From contig NC_092672.1 of NCBI RefSeq assembly GCF_964355755.1, positions 6,696,001 through 6,760,000 on the forward strand: a stretch of 64,000 nt of DNA. The letters are read 5' to 3'. Positions 40,858 to 53,289 of this stretch are shown here, piece by piece. Origin of the DNA: Antedon mediterranea. Lineage: Eukaryota; Animalia; Echinodermata. A model generated the notes under the pieces. It ran no database searches, had not been told where the DNA came from, and was given only the letters and a program-made list of their open reading frames with translations. Every line of letters starts with the position of its first letter. Position 1 is the first letter of the stretch. Made by a program: the position numbers and the translations under genes.

Positions 40858-41549
40858 TTAGAGGGTTTTGGTCAGTCGTATAATATGTTGTGAACTAGAA
40901 AAAGGGTCACATAAGTGTAGCCGAGTCCCATATTCACATTCATAAATGTATAACAAAAATCTGACTACTATGTATTAAGTCCTACTGCAGTTGCCAGAGT
41001 AGTCCTAGTATCTCCAAAAAACTGAAACTCTCAAATCAATCCTAAAAGTACATTATATAAAAATGGACAAGATGAGGATAAGATAGGCCTATAGTTGTCA
41101 ACAAATACAGTGTGTTCATTCGGACTGGTTCGGTTATAAAATCGACAATATACGAGAAAGGCAAAGCTAAATATAGTCGATGGCATGGAACTAAACACTA
41201 CATTTTATGTTAACATGAAATAATCATTACAGCTAAAAATGTTTCACATTTATATTCATACTGCCTCCGTAAAATATAATAATTTTGAACTTTGCGAAAT
41301 GTTGTGACTTCGGGTTGTTTATGGTAATTCATCCACAATAAATGTCAAACGGCATCATGCACGCCATGTTGACAAAGTGTACCGCGTTTCGTCATCTATA
41401 ACACAAAGAACACAGACATTACGCGAACGTTTAAAAACATTATATTAGTCAAAGTCATTGTATCTATTGTGAAATGAAGTAGAGATACCGATGTGCATTC
41501 AAGTGGAAAAGATATACGTACATATTTCGAACATGCGTCGGAGGTTATA

Positions 41550-41812
41550 AACGCAACGCAACGTAACGCGGCGACGTATCGACGCAAGGTGCTTTTTTGC
41601 GTAATCACAAGTGGGAACCGACGACGCAACAGTGATTCAAACATCGAAGGTTTGATTTCACGCAGGTGGGAGCAAATAAAATTATTGGAAGGGCATGTTT
41701 ATTACGTTCCATAAGTTGCGCTACGTTGCGTCATTAGTGGGAACCAAGCTTTAAACTTGGTTAGATGTAGCGCAAGGACGTAAGCGCAACGCAACTTACG
41801 TCCTTGCATTCG
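41550..41812. mobile_element. MITE-A related cluster
   Basis: acgcaacgcaacg repeats, tagtgggaaccaagcttta terminus and a following partial copy. Confidence 0.7.
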
Positions 41813-43620
41813 GCCTCACAGAGGACCATGACCAGAAGTATAAACAATTTGGGGGGAGGTTGGGGTGTTGGATAAGGGAGTATCAAAACTACATTAAATT
41901 CTTCAAAAGGTAAATAAGTGATCAGCGAAATGAAGGTCAGTGCGCAATAGCAGAGTTATACGATATATTTTTAATTTCATGGCTAGATAAGACATTGGTC
42001 GCTTTCCGATTATAATGGATGACCACTTTATTTCAAAATGAAGTAGAGAGAGTTCAACTATGGTAATTCACTACAAACGCATTTTGGCATCTTCTGATGC
42101 GTTTATCCACGTTTATGTGATTTTGAATATATTGGACAACATGGCGTGACAAAATAACTTAAATTGCAAGATCTAGACATGTAGTGTACGGTCCAACCTA
42201 GATATCTAGATCCTCGATTGGCCTACAAACATTACAGAAAAAGCCTATTATGTTACCCACAGACAAATTATATGATTTTGTTACATGAGCTTTTTCGGCA
42301 ACACGTCGTGAATAAATGTTCTATTGAGGCATTTTTAACCTATTTGATTTTGTCTTACTCTGTCCAAGTATACGATACCCTTTGATTTATGTTTCAACTC
42401 GGGTACATGCGTTTCTGGATTTCTACCTAATACATATACGGTACTGTACCACTACGCTAGTACAACAACTTAGCTGACACTATTATACACATTAGTATTA
42501 TCAAAATAAATGCAGGCCTAATTTAAGACGAAAAACAAATGGAAAAGTGTTGAGTGTATAAATGCATCCATTTTAGTGATTCATAACAAATTCAACACGT
42601 GTCATTATACCTTATTTTCCGTTCTAATTGCTAATAATTTCTGCAGGACAAAGTGTAAACCAGGCCGACTGTTACCTTTCCTCGTGAACAAGTAATAACT
42701 GTCTCGTCTATTTGACTTGTTGGCAATTATCGTCTCCTCAGAATTTTAAACCACGCTACCGTTAGTTACGTGCATGTTAACTTAAAGAGGCTGAATGAGA
42801 GGTGACGTCATCATTATTCACGAACCTAAATTAACCTGAACACTGGAAGGTGTAAATGTGGAAATCGTCACCGTCCGAATGTTTCAAATACAATGCGCAG
42901 ACTAATTTACATTAAGATTCACCTGATTTGCATGCATTAACCATCTGCATACATTTACAGCATCCATGCACGGCATGAATACAACATTGTATATTGTCAT
43001 ATAACTAGATATTTTAAAAGCGAATATTAGGTTGAATTAGCTAAAATATTTCTAAATAAAATCTATAACAGCCATAATTATAATAGTAGAAGCGGATTTT
43101 GTCAACTCTCTGGTATACGGTATGTACGTACATGTAAAATTACACGTGCGGCCCTCTTTGAAATTCTACTCACATGATCTATACTATAAGCGAGTACATG
43201 ATTGATATTGCTTTATATTTCTAATGAGATACATACTTCTCCTCGCTCCCGGGGCTTAAAAACAAACCGCAACTGTTAAACAGCCTAAACACTGAAGCGG
43301 CGAATTGTATCGCTACAATTGTAGCTACAGAATCAGGACAACTAAATGCATACAAATTAATACTAATTTATATCGTGTTACTTGATAGACCGATTAGTAA
43401 TGATGAGTGATTCGGATTTGATTTTCTAATACGTGAGAGATACTTTGTAACATCATATAACACTTTATTTTAAAGCATTAGTTTCATCCATTTCACAGTC
43501 AAATTCACAGAAATGTATAGTTTACCAGGTTTGGTTACCGACACGCTAGTTTCGATCATTCTTAATCGTTCACCGTTCGTTTCAATTTAATACTGCATTT
43601 CTAAATATATTTTAGACTAA

Positions 43621-44070
43621 AGCTTGGTTCCCAATAGAACGTAACGCAAGGACGTTAACGTAACGTAAGTTGACCATTGACAACCGACAGTTTGGTTCCC
43701 ACTAGGACGACGCAACACAATAACGTAGACGCAACGCAAGCGAGTTTACCATACACACACGACGTTCGAATAATCGATCGCTTGTGATCGGTCAAATCAC
43801 GTTGCGTTACGTCCTTGCGTTGCGTCTCTAGTGGGAAACAAGCATAAAAGATAATAACACAACGACGTAAGCAATTTAACCAATCATAAGATGGATTATC
43901 CGAATTTTCGCACCGCTTATGATTGGTCAATTCGCTGGCAGTGCGATTATGTCCTTTCGTTGCGTCCTAGTGGGAACTATTCGACCAATCACGACGTGAT
44001 GGATCATCTGAAATTGTAATTCGTTGCGTTTACGTTGTTGTTGCGTTGCGTCCAAAGTTGGAACCAAGCT
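43621..44070. mobile_element. cluster of several nested/tandem MITE-A copies
   Basis: taa-agcttggttccca start, internal ttggttcccactagg...ctagtgggaaacaagc, final ggaaccaagct. Confidence 0.85.
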
Positions 44071-44659
44071 TCGATTATTTATGTCATTGATTTTCGCCTG
44101 AGAATAGACTCATTCAATAGCTGTAGTCAAGAAATAGAGTTAGAACGGACAAGTACCAATGTGCACACACAATACACAATTGACATATCCAGGTCCTTGC
44201 AAATCGAAATATCCATTTATTTTCGCCACGGAAGGTTAAATGTATACAGTACTAAGTATTTGCAATAAAATTTCTACGGTGACGATGTAACGAATTATTT
44301 TATAACAGTGACAGTATAAAATAATTCGTTGTGTCCACACCTGTTGTATTGTTTACGTTCTCAGAACTACGGTGTACTATTAGTATTTTTCTTGTTATTC
44401 TGTGTCAAGTCGTTTCCTTTCCATTTATTGTAACTCGTGCTGTTTTATTATTTCGTGTAATAGCAGATTTGGTATATTTTTTGACAGACCTGTTAATAAT
44501 AAACTGCTCCATATTTAGGTAGTTGATGTATAGATTCGTTTCTTTTAATACCAGGTTGGTATCATCATGTATCAATTAGTTAGGTGTTTCGGTAGACTAT
44601 CTTGCTGCTTGGGTACTTTTAAACGTCACCGTTATGTTTCTCAGGTGGTCGAGCTTTAA

Positions 44660-45223
44660 ACCTCAGGTACAGGCATGAATTTTAAATATAATATTTGGTT
44701 AATTGTACATAAATCAAATATTTGTAACAGAAATCGAGACGAAAAAACATGAATTTCCCTTAATATGGTCAAATACAAAATTTGGCAAAATTCTTCCATA
44801 AAAACCAGGAAGATTTTTTTTTCAGTAGTTAGGTAGTTAACCTAATGTAATAACATGTCTGGTGACTCCCTAGACGGTGAAAAAAGATGGTGGATATACG
44901 GTGGATAATTGTTGCTATAGCATGAAAATAAAAATCTCAGAAATGTAATATTCAAGTTATATTACCTATATTTAGTCATCTGATAACATTTATTTTTCAT
45001 AGCTTTTTAAAATGCCTCTCTATTTACAAAATTTGTGTACAAAAGAATAGAGATTTTACTGTGTAATTTGAACTATCCCCCCCAGTGATATGAAAATGCT
45101 TATTTTCAACAAGCTCGTGTAACACAAATAAAATCCCAAAAATTACGAAACATAGGGGAAACTATAGATCGATAATTATTGGAATGTATGATCAATAGAA
45201 ATTTTTTTTCCCGCACCTGCCCT
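44660..45223. mobile_element. non-autonomous TTAA-flanked DNA transposon (Kolobok/T2-type), copy 1
   Basis: TTAA both sides, imperfect TIR a(c/g)ctcaggtacaggca / ccgcacctgccct; inverted homolog of 62151-62740. Confidence 0.85.
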
Positions 45224-45226
45224 TTA

Positions 45227-45430
45227 AGCCTGTTATCCTGTCGACGTTATTCGACGCTATCGTCCTTAAGCGTTACAAGTTCAACGACGATCGTTTGAAA
45301 ACGATCAAGTTGAAATGATAACGATAGCGAGTACCTTTTTATGTAAATCGTTAACATTTCAATGTTTACGTAGGAGATCGCCGAATATTGTTAACGATAG
45401 CGTCGAATAACGTCGACAGGAAAACAGGCT
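45227..45430. mobile_element. MITE-C (Harbinger-type), 37-bp TIRs
   Basis: agcctgttatcctgtcgacgttattcgacgctatcgt / acgatagcgtcgaataacgtcgacaggaaaacaggct (1 mismatch), TTA/TTA TSD. Confidence 0.9.
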
Positions 45431-46094
45431 TTAGAAACATTATGCTGAAGTCGATAAAGATGTGTTCATAAATGCGTCGTTTATGAAATTATCGTTTGAA
45501 GCACTTCGACAGGTTTGGTTTGTCCATCAATTTAAATCCATGTATTTCAAAAAATGATCGTGCAGAATTGATCAAAAGGCACTTTCTCCATAATAATGGC
45601 AGTTTAATGATCGTCGACCAATCGTTGACTGAAACTACCGTACATTTAAAACACAATTCAACTTAATAACAAAGTGCTTAATATTGAAGAATACACATTG
45701 CTTGCAATATTTAACGTCGTAAAAAATATGTTCACCGGCCGTTTGTACGCCGACACAGACATTTTAATACAAGATAGAACTATAAGACAAGGCCTATACA
45801 ATACTAAACTTTAAAAATGAAAAAAAAAAAATAATCATGAGAAGATAACGCCTGAAATGTATAATAAAACCCCAGGAAATATCAAGCCATTACAATCATT
45901 ATAGCAGGATTACGCCGAGAAATAATAATGTGAATTTTATATTCTCATTTCGATACAATGGAAAAAATACTTTCAGTAGAGAATTGCCAATGCAAATCCG
46001 GATGTGCTGCAGGATTACTTCAAAGCATGGAGTAATTCAAAGTTAAAGTATCACGAATATCGGTTTATAATCGATCCGAAATAATGTAATCGAA

Positions 46095-46237
46095 ACACTA
46101 TCAAACTTTATGTGACAAAAAATGTGATATGCCCAATGGACATGATAGTGTCATATCACTCCCACATTTGGGAATATCACTACCATTATTTGGACACTCA
46201 CACTTTTGTTGTCAAACTAGTTTGATAGTGTAGAGCT
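46095..46237. mobile_element. MITE-B, truncated
   Basis: acactatcaaactttatgtgacaaaa...gtcaaactagtttgatagtgtagagct. Confidence 0.8.
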
Positions 46238-46867
46238 TGTGTCACATGTGATGCCTGTGTCAGACTTTAATCTACTGGAAGATTTGTAACGTACAGATTT
46301 ATCAAGAGATATAATTATTCAAAGAATATGATCATATTTGTCATGACGTCATAATGCATCACATTGCGGATATGCAGGAATTGGCGAGTAAGGCTTCAAT
46401 CGATTCATCGAATCAAATTGAATCGATTTATCGGAGCCATGCGCTAGGAAGAAGACATTATTGTCTACCTCATTAATCATACACAGCTTCCTATCTCATA
46501 AAAAAAAAGATGCTATCAAAAGTATATTGCCCTGGGGTAACTACTGCATTACGGTTAATGAAAGGTTGTACGTATACAGCGAATACGCTTAACGAACTAA
46601 CCGAAGGCGACCAGCACTTCTACATCCCATTCTAGGGTAAAATAAAGCCATGTAATGCGGTAAGTAAAGCGGTCGTATGTGACTAAATTGCCTGTGGCTG
46701 TAAGTAATAGTAGCAGTAGTACATCAACGCATGCACGTTTATATTCAATTAAGGTGAAATACCAAGAACTTCATCGGTTACTATTTTTTTAATTACATGA
46801 TTCAAATGGCGTCCATACAAAATTGATTGAATGATGTAACGTAATAAGATAATCGGGACATAAGTTT

Positions 46868-47362
46868 TGACCCCCACTATTGTATGTTGTCATCCCAACA
46901 TATGTAGTGACCCTTGTCATCCATATTATGCAATCCAAACATAGGCCTGCAGTATGTGGTGATCCCAACATATATAGTGATCCTTTACTAACGATGTCAT
47001 CCATTATTCTGCGATCCAAACATAGGCCTACAGTATGTGGTGACCCTCTACTAGGCCTACTGTATGTGGCCATCCCAACATATATGTAGTGAACCTTTAC
47101 TAACGATGTCATCTATATTCTGCCATCCAAACATAGGCATATATGTGGTGACTCTTCACTATTGTATGTTGTCATCCCAACATAATGTGGTGACTCTTTA
47201 CTAACGTTGTCGTCCATTATTCTGCGATCCAAACATAGGCCTACAGTGTGGTGACCCTCCACTACTGTATGTTGTCATCCCAACATAATGTGGTGACCCT
47301 TTACCAACGTTGTCCTCCATTATTCTGCGATCCAAACATAGGCCTATAATATGTGGTGATCC
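46868..47362. repeat. compound minisatellite, ~105-115-bp unit, about 4-5 copies
   Basis: recurring gtcatcccaacata, gtggtgaccct, ccattattctgcgatccaaacataggcct. Confidence 0.9.
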
Positions 47363-48029
47363 ATTACTATGTTGCGATACAATAAGCCTCCATGGTCAAA
47401 AAACTACATTGCGATCTCAAAACATTGTTTTCGACGCCTTTGTCGACGTCATGTTATCTTAAGTATAATATGAAACTTCAATTCTTATAAAAATTATCTA
47501 ATTTAGGTTAATAAAACAATAAAAGAATGTTGTGCATGAATGTGCCTGTGTTTAATTGGCTTAAACAGAAAACACTCTCATAAATACTATGTATAGTGCA
47601 TCTATTAAAATACATCGACATGCGAGTTCGGGAAACCGCCTACATCTCCGTTTATTGAAGCCAAAAGCCATAACTACATTAATAGCTGGTGTGCACTCTG
47701 AATTGCCAATAGGTGCAACATACGGCACCATTATCGATACTTTCACCAATTATTGTCAATAGTATCATAGTGTAGATAAACCAATACAGTTTAGACGATC
47801 TAATTACCGACGTCATCGTGGCTACATCGGTATTTTTTTTTATTACCGGTATATGAATGTGAATGAAAATTAATTATTGATAGTAACATGGATTACATCA
47901 GCTAATATGACATTGTCTATGCGTATGCACGCTTATAAAAGTTAACGCTTAAAAGTCAATGTACACATAGACGAGTGGTAACAGTAAGCGGAAACCGCGT
48001 AGCTTGTTCAACGTGGATAATCTTTTCTT

Positions 48030-48450
48030 TCTTTCTTTTTTTTTACCTATAAATATAAATTATAAACATTGTAACATACAACAAATAAATATAAATAAGT
48101 CCAGCCCCTAAACATTGAAATATAAATAGTTATAAATAAATTAGGGCTACCTTTCTAAAAACTGTGTAATACAGAAAACACTTTCTATCAAATATATAAT
48201 TCTCTTATGAAATAAATAAATATCCTAAACAAACAAATAGTATGTTTTCATTTCTTTTTTAAATTTGCTTTTTGTTAGAAACCTTAATGCATCTGGGATT
48301 TCATTTCAAAGCTTCGCACCAGAATACTTGATGGAATGTTGTCCTATTATTTGTTCTATATTTTGGTACATACACATACAACCTGAGCGAAAACCTTTCT
48401 CTTCGCGTTTTGTGTTTAAAATGGTCATAAAGAATAACCTAAGAATAACC
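48030..48450 (-). mobile_element. 3' remnant of CR1/L2-group LINE
   Basis: minus strand HSIKYSGAKL*NEIPDALRFLTKSKFKK, the typical ORF2 end SxxYxGxKLWNxxP with W mutated to stop; A-rich tail. Confidence 0.62.
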
Positions 48451-48498
48451 TAGATTCTATATTTGTATTACTGTTATGGTGTATTAACCATAGTATCA

Positions 48499-48875
48499 TA
48501 CCGTAAATCTTCTAATTGTAACCCTGGGTTATTATTCTTTGATTGTTTTTTAGGTTGGGTTACTATTAGAAGGGGGGTTACTATTAGAAGGGGGGTTACT
48601 ATTAGAAGGGGGGTTACTATTAGAAGGTGGGTTACTATTAGAAGGTGGGTTACTATTAGAAGGTAGGTTACTATTAGAAGGGGGGTTACTATTAGAAGGG
48701 GGGTTACTATTAGAAGGGGGGTTACTATTAGAAGGTGGGTTACTATTAGAAGGGGGTTACTATTAGAAGGTGGGTTACTATTAGAAGGTGGGTTACTATT
48801 AGAAGGGGGGTTACTATTAGAAGGTGGGTTACTATTAGAAGGGGGGTTACTATTAGAGTGTGTGTTACTACAGTA
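48499..48875. mobile_element. TA-flanked MITE (ta-CCGTA...TACAG-ta) containing an amplified 18-bp array
   Basis: left end holds cttctaattgtaaccc, an inverted copy of the array unit. Confidence 0.65.
48556..48857. repeat. 18-bp minisatellite (G/T)GGGTTACTATTAGAAGG, about 17 copies
   Basis: direct reading; explains the GVTIRR/WVTIRR ORF. Confidence 0.97.
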
Positions 48876-50019
48876 TTATTAATCTTAAATTAGGCACCTG
48901 AAAATAGTAACCCGATTCCAACTTTTCCGGTCAGCAACTCATAGCAAAAGAATAAAACAGTACGAATAAACACATTTTTTTTTAACTCTAAATTTATTTT
49001 ATAAACTCAAAAACACTCAATCCTCCCCCACTCCCGAGATCAACATGCATTATCTTATCATAATTAATTTTGAATTCGGACCGAGGGGGCAACTACTCAA
49101 TAGTGTATCCATCCATCCGTCATTTGTAGTGTGATCAAAATCTATCATCTATTTTTGATTGCAAAAAGTAACCATCATCATCATTATTACCATCATATTG
49201 TAATTATACCTATATTATTCATGATTAATATGATTAATAATATGGGCGTCATCGATGTTATGATTACCAAACATCACCATCATAATCTATCACTCATTCG
49301 TCAGATTCAGTCACCGCAGGGCGTCACTGAACTTTATGCAAGTTAAAGCAGTCGTGAAAAGCGTCACCGCCATTATATATATTTTATTTTGTTGAATGTC
49401 GCCTCATTCCATCATTAAGCTATTTGCTTCAGAGCTTCTCAAGTCGTCTGCAATTCATCGACCATTTAAAAGTTTTCTCGCTTCAGTTGACGTCATTAGA
49501 AAAACCGCACATATCAGGCTTTCTGGTCTGTTTGAATGGCTGCGATGCAGCGTAACCATGTTTACGCGTACTCTTACCGTGACGCGTCGCTAAATTAACC
49601 AATGCGAGGACCGCACTCGTAATAGTACTTTATCTTTATTGTTGATATAAAATGTGAAATACAATTGACAGTACAAAGTGAATCAACTAAGAGAATAGAC
49701 TATAATTCCGAACAAATTTTCAAAGGTTATAACAAAGAAAATAATGCATTTATAACAAATAGAAAAAGAAACAAAATACAAAAGGAGGAAATATTATTCT
49801 ATTTTTATATAATAATAGTTTTGTCTGCTCTTTTTGACCACCGTCTTCGATACAAATAGGTTTAATTTATTTAAACAATATTAGCTTTAACAAGTTTCAT
49901 CTCCTTTTGATTTAAAAAACAGTATATCAACGGTAAAGTAATATTTTATATGTGCCAATATTAAGTATGTTTTATGTATTGTAATAATTTTTTTTATTGT
50001 CTTTTCTAAAATTGTTATT

Positions 50020-50173
50020 GAGGACCCCATTGGAAATAAGTCCCACATCGGGACTTTCATGGGCTATCCTGCATCCCTGATCTGTCTTTTAAACATGTTT
50101 GAATTGTATATATCTTTCTTCATCATAAACTGTGTATGTATTTTTAATGAGATGCAAATAAATCAAATCAAAT
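50020..50173 (+). mobile_element. probable LINE 3' UTR remnant (similar remnants near 28450-28565 and 56088-56170)
   Basis: short GC stem-loop (agtccc...gggact) followed by AATAAA and (TCAAA)n tail. Confidence 0.4.
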
Positions 50174-51121
50174 TCATAATGAGTACAGCTATACTAATTT
50201 GTATTTTATAACCCGGTTCTGGTTTCCATTCTTACTTAAACCCTTATCAAAATAAATGGCCTCTCCTACATATACAGGGTTGAGTGATTACTCAATTTGA
50301 ACTTAACGGCAGCTAAAAACCGGAATTTCTAATATCCCGAGTACTAATTAGTAAAGATGAATACAAGAAGCGTGGCCGGGTTCTAAACGCTAATTTAAAC
50401 AAATTTTTCGTATATTTCAGTTATTCGCCATTTTCCTTCTTCATTATTTAAATTAAATGAATTGTCAATGAAACGCATACCTATAGAAACATTGATTTGT
50501 GCAGAAAACTAAGACGAGCTTTTCAAATTGAAATATATGAAGAATGATGAGTTTCAGCGAATATTGAGTCATTATTAGATGATAAAAATAATCAGTTGTG
50601 ACAGGTACCCGATTAATTATGAAAAAAAAAGACATTCTGTAGACGAATCGGTCGAGCACCAAGCTAGCCAATGATTCCACAATATCGGTCATGGATTCTT
50701 GTCACGTTTAACATATCGTTTGATCAATATGGAACGCCAGAGGGGACTGAAACCGCAACGGTGTTGGGAAATTGATTTTTAAGAAAACAAATATAATACT
50801 TTCCTATTGGAGAAACGGTCTCTGATTTAAATTTTAGTATTTCTTATGATTTTAATGATATTTTAAAATGTGTGTTTCGGTTTAAGTATAACTAAATTTA
50901 GAAGCATACAACAATTGTGACACACGATTATGACTACAACAAAGAAAAGAGTTATTACTGAGCACAAAACAAATCACCATTTAGTTGAAACGGTCTCGCA
51001 AAAGACAAATATTAATTTAGTTAATTTTCGGTCTATCGGAGGTTAGGATGTTATGCGTTCAAACGCAAAAAAAAAAAAAAAAATATCCGATGGAAAGCAG
51101 TTAACGAAACAGGCGTATAAA

Positions 51122-51280
51122 AGCTTTGTCTACACCAAACTTTGTGTGACAACAAAATATGATATGCCTATATATATGTACATGATGATGTCATATCACT
51201 GCCATATTTGGGCTTATCAATACCATATTTGGGCACATCACATTTTTTTGTCAACCTAGTTTGATAGTGTAGACAGAGCT
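51122..51280. mobile_element. MITE-B
   Basis: agctttgtctacac...gtttgatagtgtagacagagct. Confidence 0.87.
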
Positions 51281-51924
51281 TTTAACACACTGTCGATACG
51301 ACAATCGCTACAACGTCCCGACGCAATCGGGAGGCTCCCCGATTAATCGCAGTCAAATCAGGTTCAACCAGGTTAACTTGACGGGGACGAAGCGGCTGTA
51401 ACTCGGATACGATTAAGCGTGCGTGTGAACATAAACTGCACACATTATTTTCATAAATCAAGAAATCTTGGCGTCTTTACTGGTAACTTTAATTGTTGTA
51501 AACAGACGATTGACGAATCGGCAGGCTCGTACGTCGACACTCGCATTGCACACGCGTTTCAACAACCCACGTTTTGATCTGGTTACCTTTGACCTAAATG
51601 CCTTCCTCTTAGCGTCAGATTCTTTAATACATTATTAATCTAATTCTGTCTGTCAGAATCAAATTTCACAATGTATTTCTCCTACTTAACTTCTTAAATA
51701 GATTTAAAGATCAACTGAATGCAATTTATGTTGGAAACGCGTGACAAGAGAAACAGGCTTAGCATTATACAATGAAAATGTATTCATTATGTTTAAAAAA
51801 AAAGTCAGTAAAAGTCACGAACCAGTATTAAAAGTCACAGAAAAACTTTGGAGTTATTCGTTTCATTTTAAGATTTGAGAATGTATTCATCTTAATTTGG
51901 GGCACAATACATAAACTTGAATAG

Positions 51925-52110
51925 TCGAGCCGAGTGTCGTAGTCATAAAATTGGCACAGTTTTAAGGCTCTCCTCGACCCCAGTTATGGTGATATAGAAC
52001 AAGTTTTACCGGGTAAGGACTGGTGGCCCAGTATACATATCTGTCATAAGTTTGTGTGTACTTTAAAAGAACTCAATGGGGCCATTCCGGTGAACGTGCA
52101 CTGGTCCATC
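51925..52110 (+). mobile_element. highly degenerate copy of the Deu/Nin-type SINE
   Basis: ggtaaggact...ccagtataca...tgtgtactttaaaagaac...ccggtg collinear with the SINE core. Confidence 0.55.
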
Positions 52111-52733
52111 TCAGCCTGTGCGCTAGGGAAAATAATGCAGACATTTTAAATTACATTTGTACCATGATTGTTTAATGTTAGTTTGAACTCACAATTTAGA
52201 TTTGGTAAACATTATAAAAACCTTTACCAGTCTATATCTACCCTTACCGTAGTTCAAATATACGAAGTTGTCCATTGAATTATTCACGTCATCACTACGA
52301 TACAAAAAAAACCGTAATTCACACTTTAATATTTTCTATTCGCGATTTTAAAGATATACGATACAGTAATAGTGTTGTACTTGACACATAACATATTGTA
52401 TTTTGTTTATATAAAGGCGTCACTTTAAGTAACGAAATAAAAAATACTGAGAAAAATACACGGAATTATGCAGAATTTCCGTTAAAGTGGATGAGGGAAT
52501 CATTTATGCTGAAAAAGGTATAAAAATATTGCAGAGAAGATCTAACAAATCCGGTAATAATCAAGAGATCGACCTCGTTTAGATTCATTTTCTTAAATCT
52601 TTTCTACCAAACTTCTATTTTTGTCAAACCTTAGTTCCGTGATATGTTGTTCAATGTACAATGTTGTCAATCTCTGTATTCTGTCAATGGTGTATTTACA
52701 CATGTTGTCCTTACACAACATTAGACAAACTAA

Positions 52734-52904
52734 AGCTCTGTCTACACGATCAAACTTTATGTGACAAAAATATATGATGTGCTTACATATGGACATGATG
52801 GTGTCATAGGCCTACCACTACCATATTATTTGGCATATCACTACCATATTTAGGCACAACACACTTTTTTTTGGTCAAACTAGTTAGATAGTGTAGACAA
52901 AGCA
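52734..52904. mobile_element. MITE-B
   Basis: agctctgtctacac...gtgtagacaaagca, TAA/TAA TSD. Confidence 0.88.
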
Positions 52905-53289
52905 TAATATTTATCTTTTTTAACGATTTTAGCGTAGGAAGTTTAAAAGAAAGTATAGTTATATGTTCCTTACATTTTATATCATAAGACGCCTCAAAAT
53001 CATGGAACGCGTTTTTGCAACGTATGTTTGCGTTACAAACGGCAAAACACGTTTTATTTCCGTCAGCATACACTAGGAACAATCGCGAATTAATTAATCT
53101 CGCAACCACGGTAATCAGTTTGAATTGAATTAAACACGGATTACAGAAGGCTCATCAATGTCAAATAAAGCAAACAGTAAATCAATCAGAATATTTGACC
53201 ACAGATAACTTAGATAAGATCGAAAACTTAAGGAGTTCTCATGCTTTTACGGTATTTACCGTACATCGCAATTGTTATCTTGAATAAAA

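Noticed and set aside
48463-48666. ORF with GVTIRR repeats
   Set aside because: Translation of the 18-bp minisatellite, interrupted by a stop
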